Part shown: piece by piece, positions 1 through 11,493 of the stretch
How positions within the stretch are numbered: position 1 is the stretch's first letter
Layout: every line of letters starts with the position of its first letter
Translations under genes and position numbers: made by a program
Source: Lepidodermella squamata
Lineage: Eukaryota; Animalia; Gastrotricha
DNA: 64,000 nt
Direction: 5' to 3'
Assembly: GCA_047495785.1 (NCBI GenBank)
Contig: JBLDXI010000023.1
Location: 868,001 to 932,000 of the forward strand
The notes under the pieces: model-generated
The model's input: only the letters and a program-made list of their open reading frames with translations
The model's database searches: none
Told to the model about the DNA's origin: nothing

Positions 1-63
1 CAAAAAAAAATAAAATCGCAATATTTTTCAAGAAAAGACAGACTCAGACTAATCAAAAGAATT

Positions 64-1286
64 TCAATGCTGAATCGAGAGTTGGTTAACAATTGCATTT
101 CCAAGAACAAAGTTTAGGATGATTAAGAAAAGAAAAGCTGCAACAAACGTGCAAGCGTCGACAAAAAGAAACATTCGAGTTTTGATTATTTTAAACTCGA
201 ATTTGCGACTCATTTTCTCGGGATAGACAGAGAGAAGCCAGCACATACCAGCAGCATAACAAGTTATACACATGCCAAACACAACTTGCGCGAGAACTAA
301 GTTAGCCGCCAGAATAGGCTCAGGCGTTTTGGGTAAAAACGAATTAACAATAGTTTGCATTACAAAAATCGCTAACATGATAGTAGCAGCGATTCCCGGC
401 CGATCTGGAGCTTCAGCCGGGATGAAAAACGTGGACATGAGTAGGATATTGAGAATGATACACGGGGCCAGTAGATTGACCATGTAGTATTGATGTTTCC
501 GCCGTAGATTCACCGTAAATTGGGCCTGCGTGAAAACTGGCCAGCCGAATGAGGAGAAATTCACGCCAACCACCTCGCCAGTCACACTGATAACGTCCCA
601 GTTCGAATTTTCCGCCATCATCTCATCGCGGCGATACGGGAGAGCCTCAGTTATCACAGCGTAGTCGGTTCGAATGAGTAGCAAAAACTTGAGATGGCAT
701 TGTTGCACATCGAATGGGAAGTAGAAGAAGGTCATGTCGCAGAAAGATTCGAAACGGCCCGTTATCGCATTGACAAACATCCCCTGATAGACGTAGACCA
801 CAGCGAAGATGAAAAAATCGTCCTCGCTCATCAATGGGTTGGTCGCGCTGTTTCTGTGGATCATGTTTGGAGCCCAATATGTTCCGGGCTTTTCGTCGCC
901 AAGTACAGGAATTTCTCTAGGCCAAGCTGTGCGATTTTTGAAGAGATCTGCGACGCATTTGACAGTCCACAGGTTTCGTAGGGTGCCTTGAACTGCGAAG
1001 GTTTGATCGACGTCGTTGATTTCGAAGAATCGGTCGAGCAGGAAGCCGGACGTTACTTTCGTTGTGTAGCCAAGAAATTCACTGGGCGAGTTCATGCTCG
1101 GTGATACGGCACACGCCTTCAGCAAACTGCCAGATCGGTCAAAACTTTCTAGGTATTCACGTCGCTCGTCATCGATCTGAAATTCATTTAAATTTTAATG
1201 GAAGCAATGAAAGCAATAGCTCTGGGTTCTACCTCTGGCTTAACGACATGAAGGAACATGTAGATGAGAAAAAGTTTCACCTTCAT
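64..1286 (-). CDS. Divergent Cys-loop LGIC subunit, subfamily A (2 exons: 1286-1233, 1176-64)
   Basis: Cys-loop CDMTFFYFPFDVQQC, YWAP, RRKHQYY pre-M1, four TM segments. The ORF-track start lacks a signal peptide; a phase-0 GT-AG intron (1232-1177, 56 bp) joins MKVKLFLIYMFLHVVKPE to IDDERREY in frame. Confidence 0.9.
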
Positions 1287-2193
1287 TTTCGGTATTTTGT
1301 TGCAATTAAATTAAACAAGCTTTTTGCTGGCGATGGAAAATGCTGGTACAGTTGGTTGGTTAATCCAGATAAATTATGCAGCTTAGATTTTATCGGAACT
1401 CGATGATTTCCCCATGGATGTCAGCACTAATTCGCCTATACAGGTGACAATGCATTGTTGTTCGCACGAGTTTCGTTATTGGTGTGAACGGATTGCGAAG
1501 ATCAATAAGTGTATTTCGCTTTGTTTTCTGGCTGAGCACGCGCTAAATCGATGGAAGAAAATTCTAAAAACGTTTGAAAAAACGTTAACCCTGAATTAGA
1601 TTGGACTGCTTACTGAGTCTTGAGGGCTTTTTTGGGAATCAAAGATTGGATTTATTAGGTATGTGGGGTAGGTCCTTTTATGTCCTTTTAAATGAGTTCA
1701 AAACCAAAAAAGAGGAGTTCACTCTTTCTAGATTAATAAATCTCTCATGAAAATAACCAAACTGCCGAGGGAGTGGAAACCATTAGGATTTTGAGAAACG
1801 TTGAACGGCATTATTTCTCAAGCGCCTCGTGCATTTTCGTGAATACTTTTTAGAGATGCAATTAGAATTCGAGGCTGGCATAAAAATCCATATGAAAAGA
1901 GACAGTCAGGATGCTTCCTAAAAAATAGATTGATAAGGTGCGTTGCCTTAGCAACGCAGCGCCATTTGACACGCTATGGAATTGAGCTTCTCGGATCAAT
2001 GATTTTAACATTTACTTATTCCCGTTCTATCGTCCCGATCTGATAGCTATATAAAAAATTAAAAATTGATAGCTCAATTATTGAACACAGTTTTGCTCAC
2101 ATATCGAACATATAAAAATGGCGAAGATGAGATGAACTTGGTGTGCGATTTAATTTAATAGTTATTCCCATCAAACTTCATCATACTTCAACA

Positions 2194-3330
2194 TTAGTTT
2201 ACAAGCAGCGAGAAGATGACGCTATAAAACACCACCAAAATTAGCAAATGACAGAGCAATGAAACAATGTCAATGAAGATGAACATCCTAACGCGAAGCC
2301 GCCATATCCGGAATATTTTCTCAGCGTCCTCCGGCCACAGTGTTGTATAGCCACACATGAACGCAGAGTAAATAGCTACTATAGCTGCAAATATAATAAC
2401 TCCGACCAAATAGTACTCCGCAACTATCGGTCTTGGAGTTGCGGGGACTGAGGCTCCGAACTGGCTCTGCAAAACCATGATCGACAGCATGACGGAGCAA
2501 GCAAAAGCTGGCCGGTCAGGTTCAGTCGCTGGAATCGCGAAGGAAGCGATCACGAGAATATTCAGGATGATACTTGGCGCGATGAGGCTCAATATGATGA
2601 AATCAGGCTTACGTCGCAGGGTCAGGCTGATAACTGCCTCCGAAAATTTGCCGGTTGGAATCTCAATCGAATGAATTTTCGTCGCATTGCCAATAATTAT
2701 CCAGTTTGAATTCGCTGGCAGCATTATGTCTCGATCACCAAAAACTTCAGCGGTTGAAATCGTCACGTAGTGGCAAGGAGTTCTACTCGACAGAATTAGA
2801 GGGCACGTTTGGGTATCAAACGGAAATTTGAACAGCTGCAAATCGCAATAGGTTCCAAACTTTCCGTAGAAACTGCCGACGAAGAGCCCCGATTCCGGGT
2901 AGATTACCAAGGTTTTCGCGACGTCTTCAGCCGATTCTAGAACAGTTTGGCTGTAAGAGTTGCGCAAAGTTACAGGCGGAAACCATAAATTTTCAGTCGG
3001 AACTTCGAACAGCTCTTTAACGTAGTGGAGAGGCCATGTTATGTTGTCAGCTTTTCTTGCGAGATCTGCAACACATTTGACTCTCCATGTGATGGAAATT
3101 CCTCCATTGAATGTGAACGTCTCGGCTACGTCGTTAATGCCAAGAAAACGGTCGATTGCGACATAGATTGAAAGATTCGTGACCAGTCGGGTTATTTCAT
3201 CCGGTGAGTTGACGGAAGCGTGTATGTTGCAATTTTCGAGCAAGGTTGCCACAACTGGGAAGTTAACAGTCTGCCCATTTGTTGCTGCTAGGGTTAATAA
3301 AATGGCTCCCAGAGATTTCATAGGAAGCAT
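2194..3330 (-). CDS. Divergent Cys-loop LGIC subunit, subfamily B (single exon)
   Basis: Signal peptide MLPMKSLGAILLTLAA (likely start 3330 or 3321 rather than 3429); CDLQLFKFPFDTQTC; M2 PDRPAFACSVML; 4 TM. Confidence 0.92.
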   Translation of the reverse strand: MLPMKSLGAILLTLAATNGQTVNFPVVATLLENCNIHASVNSPDEITRLVTNLSIYVAIDRFLGINDVAETFTFNGGISITWRVKCVADLARKADNITWPLHYVKELFEVPTENLWFPPVTLRNSYSQTVLESAEDVAKTLVIYPESGLFVGSFYGKFGTYCDLQLFKFPFDTQTCPLILSSRTPCHYVTISTAEVFGDRDIMLPANSNWIIIGNATKIHSIEIPTGKFSEAVISLTLRRKPDFIILSLIAPSIILNILVIASFAIPATEPDRPAFACSVMLSIMVLQSQFGASVPATPRPIVAEYYLVGVIIFAAIVAIYSAFMCGYTTLWPEDAEKIFRIWRLRVRMFIFIDIVSLLCHLLILVVFYSVIFSLLVN

Positions 3331-4302
3331 CCTTTTCTTAGTCTTATGCAAGAAGCTATAATTGCATACACTCGTTTTAATTGGATCTACGAGCTCATAT
3401 AAACGTGAGTTTTTGTTGACGGCCGACATTGATGATTGGGTTTATCGATTCGTTCATCTGATATTTGCCAACACGTTCTCTAGTTGCAAGTTAAACATTT
3501 TCTGCTAGAGTCAGATTAAAGCGATATATAACTACAAATTAGCGAAATGTCTTTGATTTTTCGGCTGCAAATTCTTCATCAAATGCTGTTGTTTGTAGCT
3601 GCGGGTAAAACTAAAAACTGCTTCGGAGACGGTTAGCCAGTTGAATTTTCTCCTGGAAATTCTTAAAGTTTCAAGAGGGAGCCTGCACAAATTCCTGAGT
3701 GAAGTCAGGCGGAATAACACAGGTAATAACTTGGAGCAAATCGCTATCTCTCTGGTAAGAGTAGTTAACCCTGCAGACCCTGAAGACCAGATACGCCGAT
3801 CGCAAGTTGAGACGATTTGCTTTAGAGAATTTCAATTTCCTCAATCCTCAAGTTTGATTTTTCAAATTCAAATGATACGCCATGCTAGAACTGTAGCATC
3901 CATGACTCCATGTTACTTATTGTTTTGAAAAGATACCTGGAGACAATTTGTTTGCATTGAATCGAATGTTGTTTCTGTACCCTTCCAGTGGCTAAGCCGG
4001 CAGTGAGCACTCGATACTACGAGCTCAAGCTCAAATCAGGATCAATTTTTTTCCAGGCACTGTATGAATAACGACAGGCGGCAATTTTGATGAAACTAAA
4101 TAAATATTATTCAAATGGAACTGTAGCTCATTTCACGGTCAATCGCGCAACCTCCTTTGCATGAACACACTAACGGTGCAATACCCAGAGTCACCCGCGT
4201 CATCGAGGCTTAATATCCGGTGCCAAAAAGCTTGCCCTACTTCAAACGCTAATGAAACTCTACGTGGCATCGTTTTTTTTCTAGCTCGATTGAGAGTTAA
4301 AC

Positions 4303-5451
4303 ATGCGTCATAGAATCGTTCTGTTACTAATGCTGAGCTTTGGTGATCGCGGGGCAGCAGATAATCTCACGTACTCACCATCTATTAAAGCCGCCGATAT
4401 ATTCAACGCCAACTGCAACGTCGCTGCAACAGCTAATTCGCCGAATGAGTTCGAAGGATTACCTACGTCGATCATACTTGTTCTTCAAATCGACAGATTC
4501 CTGGGTATCGATGACATTGCAGAGTTCCTCTCGTTCAATGGCGTTCTTCAAATCGTATGGCAAGTTCCGTGCGTGTTTGAATACGTGAACAACCCTAAGA
4601 ACCAATGGCCAGCCAAGTTATCAGTGCTGCAGAACGAGCCACCGGATTCCTATTGGATGCCACCCGTTGGCCTCAGAAATGCAGTTGGCCAGATTGAAAT
4701 GGATAAAGCTGATGAATTCTCAGAGCTGCTCACGATCTATCCGTTTGAGGGTCGATTTAACGGGGCTTACGTTGGCAGATTTGCTTACACTTGCGATCTC
4801 GACCTGATCCTTTTTCCTTTCGACACCCAGACATGCACGGCTGTGATCAGCCTGCGAGCGTCGACCCCGTTTGTTCAAGTTGCTGTCGCAAATCTGATGG
4901 TATTGAGTCCTAATATAATGCCGAAAAACTCGAATTGGATGTTAGTTTCGAATCGTACTGAGATACAAGAGTTTGAAATAGTGAATTTCGGAACTGTGAA
5001 CCAGGTCTTATTCACTATGTCTCTGAATAGAAAGGCAGACTACTATTTGCTGAACATGTTCGCGCCAAGTTTCATTCTATCGACGCTGGAAATCGCCGCT
5101 TTTGGAATCCCGGCAACTGAGCCAGACCGAGCCTCATTCGCCTGCTCAGTCATGCTGTCGATTTTCGTACTCCAGGGAATGTTTTCAGCTGCGGTTCCTC
5201 GATCACCCCAGCCAATAATCACTTCGTACTACGTTCTCGGAGTAATCATGTTCGCTATGGTCTGCTCGACCTACGCGGCTATCATGTGTGGCTACTGCGT
5301 AATGTACGAAGATCGAGCGAATAGAATCTTGCATTTCTGTGGCAGGAAGATGCGCGCTTTTGTCGCTATCGATATTGTTGCATTTCTCATTTTCTTTTTG
5401 ACCTACATTTCGCTAAATGTTATTTTAACGAGCTGCCTTGCATTTAACTGA
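4303..5451 (+). CDS. Divergent Cys-loop LGIC subunit, subfamily C (single exon)
   Basis: Signal peptide MRHRIVLLLMLSF; CDLDLILFPFDTQTC; M2 PDRASFACSVML; 4 TM. Confidence 0.93.
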   Translation: MRHRIVLLLMLSFGDRGAADNLTYSPSIKAADIFNANCNVAATANSPNEFEGLPTSIILVLQIDRFLGIDDIAEFLSFNGVLQIVWQVPCVFEYVNNPKNQWPAKLSVLQNEPPDSYWMPPVGLRNAVGQIEMDKADEFSELLTIYPFEGRFNGAYVGRFAYTCDLDLILFPFDTQTCTAVISLRASTPFVQVAVANLMVLSPNIMPKNSNWMLVSNRTEIQEFEIVNFGTVNQVLFTMSLNRKADYYLLNMFAPSFILSTLEIAAFGIPATEPDRASFACSVMLSIFVLQGMFSAAVPRSPQPIITSYYVLGVIMFAMVCSTYAAIMCGYCVMYEDRANRILHFCGRKMRAFVAIDIVAFLIFFLTYISLNVILTSCLAFN

Positions 5452-5877
5452 ATTATGTCATTGAGGCGATGCAGCATGTCATTGAGGCAAGACTTTTTCT
5501 TCCTCTGCTAAGGTCATAGCTTTTTAACTTTCATGCAGAAGTTTATACAATCACTACTGCTTACGACTCGCTCCGAGTTCGAATCGCGCTGATAGCTGAT
5601 AAAGCTTCGATTACGACGCGTAGGTAATTATAAGCAAGGGTGCAAACCTTTCATAAATGCATGACAAAATCACCATTCATTCTAATTTTACATTTAATTT
5701 GAGCTGGAAACGTAAAGAAAATGACAGCGGACTAGCTTTCGGTTTAAATAAAAACGGGGTTCCGAAAACGCTTAAACTATCGAAGAACAAGCCAACTATC
5801 ATTCGAAAACGTAGTCAATTTTTTCCGCTTGAAAGTTAGTGAAGTGCAAGGGCCCTGAGCCCTAAAATCGATAATCG

Positions 5878-5990
5878 ACCTAAACCTAACCCTAACCTTA
5901 ACCCTGAACCCTAACCAAGCACTAAAACTAACTCTAGCCCTATCCCTAACCCTGACTTCTAATCCTAATTCGAAACCCTAATTCCTATTC
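5878..5990. repeat. Degenerate interstitial (CCCTAA)n telomere-like tract
   Basis: cctaaccctaaccttaaccctgaaccctaacc...ccctaaccctga...aaaccctaatt: imperfect 6-mer repeats. Confidence 0.7.
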
Positions 5991-6217
5991 GTCGTCTTCG
6001 TAAAAAAATAAGTATGAAAGCTAATTTTGTCATACAAAAATATGTATGGAAGGTAAAAACTTCATACGTAATAAATATGTAAAAAAGTGCACTTCATATT
6101 TCATTTGTTGTAACGCCATCCTCGAAAAGTGCTTCATACCTTTTACCTGCTTATACCTGCTATCATACGCCCATAATTCTTCAATAAATCAATAAAGTCA
6201 ACATTACTTTTGAATAA

Positions 6218-6346
6218 TCGACGCCACGTACCGTGCGAATTATGGGGATTGGGGCTTTCGACGCCACGTACCGTGCTAATTATGGGGATTGGGGCTTTCG
6301 ACGCCACGTACCGTGCGAATTACGGGGATTGGGGCTTTCGACGCCC
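6218..6346. repeat. 40-bp minisatellite, 3.2 near-identical copies
   Basis: Unit tcgacgccacgtaccgtgcgaattatggggattggggctt repeated head-to-tail with about 1 substitution per copy and no spacers. Confidence 0.95.
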
Positions 6347-6435
6347 CAGCTCGAGAGGTCAAGTCATAAAAACCCGAAAAAACCACGGGGATCAAGATGA
6401 ATCATTATAGTCCAATTGAGCTTTATTAGAACCGT

Positions 6436-7581
6436 TTATCTGAAGTAAAGATATCCAGGAACTCCGAACGAAAACAGTGCATAGAATGAGAAGAATGCAG
6501 AAAACATAACAATATCAATGATAGCGAAATATCGAATTTGATAGCCACAAATAGTCACAATTCTCTCGGCCTGTTTAGGCCACAACATAATGTAACCACA
6601 CATCACAGAGGAATACGTCGCAACTACCATAGCAAATACAATTACTGTGATCAAATAGTATCCCGTAACGAGAGGCTGAGGTGAAATGGGTGAAATTTGG
6701 AGGAAAGTAGATTGAATGATGAAAATTGACAACAACACAGAGCAAGAAAACGCAGTCCGATCAGGTTCGGACGCCGGAATGCCAAAAGAAGCTAACATCA
6801 GAGTTGTGAGGATGAAGCTCGGTGCGTACAGAGTCATCACAAAATACTCAGGCTTTCGCTTTAGAATCAATCGAAAATAAACGAGATTAATCGTGCCGAA
6901 ATTTACGATTTCCAACTTCGAAAAGGAAGTTTGATTGCCAATTATCATCCAAACGGAATTTCTCGGTATATAATCGTCTGGGACAGGGCCGAATGTGACT
7001 GAATCAATAACGATATCTTCGATAGTAGCGCGAGTAACGAAAGAAAATGTGCAGTTTTGCTGGTCGAATGGGAAATTGATGAGGTCCAAATCGCACGAGA
7101 ATTCAAACTTGCCGAAATAACTGCCAGTGAATATACCTTTAAATGGCTCAATCATAAGTTTTTTCGTGAAATCTGGAGAAGAATCCATATTTGAGTATAC
7201 GGCAGCATTTCTCAGCATAATAGGTGGGAACCAGTAGGCATTCGGGGGTTCGTTAATTGCGACATCCAAATTTTCGGGCCAGTCATTTGCTGGGTCATTT
7301 GCGTAGTTTGCAACGCACGGGACGACCCATTGCAGGTCTAGGACCCCTCGGAATGACGTTACTTCAATGCTATCGACGACGCCTATGAATCGGGCAATTT
7401 TGACTAGCATGGACAGTTTTGTTGGCTCGTGGTCATATTGACGGGGTGAATTAACAAAAGGTGATATGTCACAGTTTGACAGCAGAACTGTCGATACAGG
7501 GAAAGTCGCCATGTTAGTTCGATTCATTGCTGTGGACTCAATAACAGCGACAATAGCGAACAGCCAAAAGCTGGATATCAT
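6436..7581 (-). CDS. Divergent Cys-loop LGIC subunit, subfamily C (single exon)
   Basis: Likely start MISSFWLFAIVAV (7581); CDLDLINFPFDQQNC; M2 PDRTAFSCSVLL; 4 TM. Confidence 0.92.
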   Translation of the reverse strand: MISSFWLFAIVAVIESTAMNRTNMATFPVSTVLLSNCDISPFVNSPRQYDHEPTKLSMLVKIARFIGVVDSIEVTSFRGVLDLQWVVPCVANYANDPANDWPENLDVAINEPPNAYWFPPIMLRNAAVYSNMDSSPDFTKKLMIEPFKGIFTGSYFGKFEFSCDLDLINFPFDQQNCTFSFVTRATIEDIVIDSVTFGPVPDDYIPRNSVWMIIGNQTSFSKLEIVNFGTINLVYFRLILKRKPEYFVMTLYAPSFILTTLMLASFGIPASEPDRTAFSCSVLLSIFIIQSTFLQISPISPQPLVTGYYLITVIVFAMVVATYSSVMCGYIMLWPKQAERIVTICGYQIRYFAIIDIVMFSAFFSFYALFSFGVPGYLYFR

Positions 7582-7913
7582 TCTGAGCGTGTGAGAAAAA
7601 ACATGAAGAATACGTTTTATGATTTCAGCTTTCAGTTGCCGCGACAGGCATAGCCGGAAGATGAAAGAAAAACATTTACCAGGAAATTGGAACATTTATT
7701 TATGCATATATAAAATCAATAAATAAAAATTCGGATTGCTAGGAAAAACAGAACGGATGTAACAGTGTCGTTATAGCCCTACTTCAAGTTTCAAAATATG
7801 CCGATAAGCTGAATAGAGAATCGAAGGAGAACATCAAGTCACTCGCCATCCTTTGCCAAATTCAATACTGCGCATATTCCGATTTGCTTACCAGTAGTAC
7901 CATGAATGTTGTC

Positions 7914-9053
7914 TCACAATAGTGACAAAGCGATAGTTGTTATCAGATTGAATGAAATATAGGCCAGGATGAAAATGATGAACGCAACAATATCAATCGC
8001 AACAAACGCTCGCATTTTCCTGCCGCATAATGTCACAATTCTGTTAGCTTGCTCTTCCTTAAATTTACAATAGCCACAAATCACTGCGGAATACATAGCG
8101 CAAGCCATTGCAAACACAATAACAGCCATGACGTAGTAAGAGGTGACGATAGGCCTGGGTGATGGAGGAACAGCGGCTTGGAACATGCCTTGAAGCACGA
8201 AGATAGACAGCATGACTGAGCAGGCGAAAGCAGCTCGGTCGGATTCATGGGCCGGCAGACCAAATGAACTGATTTCCAGAGTTGATAGGACGAAACTTGG
8301 AGCGAACATGTTCAGCAGGTAGAAGGCAGGTTTTCGTTTTAGAACTAAGACAAATTCCGCTGCCTGGAATTCGCCGAAATTCTTCAGAGATTTATTTATG
8401 AATCTAGTCGAGTTGCTTAGAATCTGCCAATTTGAGTTCGCAGGAATGATATCCTCAGTTGCCTTAATGAAATTTAGCCTCGTCAGAACGACGTAGTCCT
8501 GCGTGACCCTGGGTGCAAACTGGGCTACGCAAGTTTGCGTATCAAATGGGAACAACGTAAGGTCCAAATCGCAAGTATACTCGAATCGGCCAAGGAACCC
8601 TCCAATGAAAAGCCCATCGAATGGCAGAACCAGCAAAATCTTCGCAAACTCTTCAGCAAGATCGAGGGTCATTTGACCGACTGCGTTTCTCAGATAGATG
8701 GGCGGGAACCAGTAGGAACCGGGCGGTTCGTTTTGGAGGTACCTCAATTGAGGCGGCCAGCCATTGCTTTGATTGTTCGTGAAGCGAGCTACGCAAGGCA
8801 CTGGCCATATAATCTGGAGAGCTCCATTGAAGGACACGGATTCTGTGACGTCTTCCACGCCCAGGAATCGATCCACTTGAAGGTCGAGTTGAACTGGTGT
8901 CGGGGCGCCTTCGAGTTCAGTTGGCGAATTTGCGTTTGGGGCGATGTTACAGTTGTTGTTGAGAGTCTGCGCTGAAGGGTACGTAGGCCCATCTTGAGCC
9001 CGGCAGAACGATAGGCCGACGGCGAGGAGCAGTAAAACGTGGTTCAACGGCAT
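7914..9053 (-). CDS. Divergent Cys-loop LGIC subunit, subfamily C (single exon)
   Basis: Likely start MPLNHVLLLLAVGLSFC (9053); CDLDLTLFPFDTQTC; close paralog of 4303-5451 (shared CGRKMRAFVAIDIVAF). Confidence 0.92.
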   Translation of the reverse strand: MPLNHVLLLLAVGLSFCRAQDGPTYPSAQTLNNNCNIAPNANSPTELEGAPTPVQLDLQVDRFLGVEDVTESVSFNGALQIIWPVPCVARFTNNQSNGWPPQLRYLQNEPPGSYWFPPIYLRNAVGQMTLDLAEEFAKILLVLPFDGLFIGGFLGRFEYTCDLDLTLFPFDTQTCVAQFAPRVTQDYVVLTRLNFIKATEDIIPANSNWQILSNSTRFINKSLKNFGEFQAAEFVLVLKRKPAFYLLNMFAPSFVLSTLEISSFGLPAHESDRAAFACSVMLSIFVLQGMFQAAVPPSPRPIVTSYYVMAVIVFAMACAMYSAVICGYCKFKEEQANRIVTLCGRKMRAFVAIDIVAFIIFILAYISFNLITTIALSLL

Positions 9054-9802
9054 GTCTCTAATTTCTAGCCGATCAATCCTAGAGAGTCGCAATGTATCAA
9101 CACGAGGCTTCGTCAGGATATTTGGTCCCTGGAAACAAGCGATGCGATAACCAATATTAAACAAATACAGAAATCCAATATTCAAGCGATTGGAAGCGCT
9201 ATTCATCCTCTAAAGAGTCAGTTCAGTTTTGCGGGAAATGCGCACATTTTTCAATTGATACGATATTGTCTGAAAAATTTATTTGAACTAAATATGCCGC
9301 CTTCAGAAAAAATGGGTTACAGAGCAAAACTAAAAAATTTGACCTCTGAAGTTTTGTTTAGGGTTTTCTTGCCTAGACCTCTCGAGCCACAGGATAATGT
9401 CCCCCGTATTCCGCACACTGGAGGATGGAATATACGGTTAGGTGATTACAGATCCCTTCTGAAGAGGGTAACTTCATCGTGTTTTTCTATTTCAGTTTCC
9501 TTTTTCCGCAACCTGCCAACATGCTAGTGAAAAGCCACTATCGGATTCATTCTTTCCTGAATCGTTGATCTTGCTATTTTCCAACTCGTGCTAATAAATG
9601 TTTGATAATGTAGCTGCGACAGAGCCCAATCCGTCATTCCCCGAGGTATTGTTTGAAGTCATTTGCTGGTAAAAAACGACATGCGCTGGGAAAATCAATG
9701 CGAAGCTTTATCAGCAGAGCGTCGATTTCTTGAATAAAATGGGTCAATCAAATAAAAACTGCAACGCCGTCATATTTACCTTTTACTAGCCTAAAGCAAA
9801 GC

Positions 9803-11015
9803 ATGAAATCCTTAATTCTCTACATTTTGTGCTCAGCCGTTGCGTGGTCGAATAATGTATCAAATAAAGTGAGTTGTTTGAAATTTCGAATTGATTTGCG
9901 AATATTGCACACGACGATCTTAGCTCTCTGATGAAAGGATAGCATACCTCGCAAAGTTCGACCGGCAAGGTACGATTCTAGACAACTGCATGGTGAACCC
10001 AACAATGAACTCGCCGAGTGAATTTCTCGGCTATCCGACCCATATTGACGTTTCATTCCTGCTGGATCGATTTTTCGAAATCGATGATGTGGCTCAAAGC
10101 ATAGCCGTGCAAGGATCGTTAAGAGCTGGTTGGGCTGTTCCATGCATCAAAGAATTGTGGCTGAATTCAAGTCTCTGGCCGACTAAAGAGCTGCCGTTTC
10201 TTGGCGATGAAAAAATAGATACATACTGGGTGCCCCATTTAGTCCACCGAAATAGCGCCAGAAATCCTTACATGAGTAACGACGACTACCTTCAGGTTGT
10301 CTTCGTGCTTTTGTATCAAGGGACGTTCGCAGCCGTGACTGTGGGTCGATTTGAATCCTATTGCGACATGACTTTCTACTACTGGCCTTTTGACACTCAA
10401 AGATGCGGGTTGAAATTCCTCCTCCTAATTCGACTTGACTACGCGAAAATTGTCCAGGCTACCCCGTTTCGTCGCCAGGAAATGATGGCGGCTAATTCGA
10501 ATTGGGACGTCCAAAATGTCGAAGGCTCTGTTGCTATGCGCAATTTTTCCGACTTTGGTTGGCCAGTCTTCTCCGAGGCGGTTTTCACGATCACTTTGAA
10601 GCGAAAACATCAGTACTACCTGGTCAATCTATTCGCGCCGAGTTTGATCCTCGACGCGCTACTTCTTATGACGTTTTTCGTTCCGGCCGAAACGCCAGAT
10701 CGACCTGGAATAGCCTCGACTATTATGCTGGCGATTTTCGTCATGCAGACCATTGTCAACTCGTTCCTGCCGCGGACACCTGAACCCATTCTGGCGGCCT
10801 ATCTTGTCATGGGTCAGGTCATTTTCGGTATGGCCATCGCCTGCTATGCCGCTGGGATGTGTTGGTTCTTATCTGTTTTCCCGAAACGAGCTAAAGCCAA
10901 GTTTAAAAAGAAAATTCCGTTATTTCTAATTGCTGATACCATCATGTTTACGGTTGCACTTCTCGCTCTGCTGCTCATTAACGCAGCCGTCGGTTTGATG
11001 ATCATAACTTCGTAG
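9803..11015 (+). CDS. Divergent Cys-loop LGIC subunit, subfamily A (2 exons: 9803-9868, 9924-11015)
   Basis: MKSLILYILCSAVAWSNNVSNK spliced through a 55-bp phase-0 intron (gtgagt...cttag, 9869-9923) to LSDERIAY; CDMTFYYWPFDTQRC; paralog of 64-1286. Confidence 0.9.
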
Positions 11016-11493
11016 GCTATCTGCGCAATTATCGCCATTCAACACATTTCTTACGATCTTTTTTCGGTTGACAACATCTACTTCTATCCTTGAGCATAGA
11101 AAATTGCTTTCCGTTTGTTGAGGCTGACCCTAAGCGGATCAGAGAATGGCGTTTAGAAGAAAATAAATTAGACTACCTGCTGGTTTGTCATGGTCACGGT
11201 GCGGCGACAAAACAGCAACTTCGTAGAACGCTGAATGCGGAAGAGATGTATCATGTTTCAGTATGATATTTTAGCTTGTTATTAACAGCTTTATGTCGCT
11301 GTTATGTCACAAGCAGATAAATTTGCTGTTTTGTCACATTTGCTGTTTTGGCTATTTGCTGTTATGACGGGCTGGCAAGTCTTTGTTTGTTCTGAATATT
11401 CACTATTCACTCTTTATTAAACTAATTTCATTGACTTCGTTAAAAATACAACTACATAGAATACGTAAGTCTAAAACTTATGTGGCGTCGAGT

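Noticed and set aside
6218-6346. CRISPR-like array
   Set aside because: The repeats are contiguous with no unique spacers, there are no cas genes, and the context is eukaryotic.
11187-11372. Short TTGCTGTT(A/T)TG repeats with an inverted copy (possible MITE)
   Set aside because: Too short and degenerate to define termini or a TSD.
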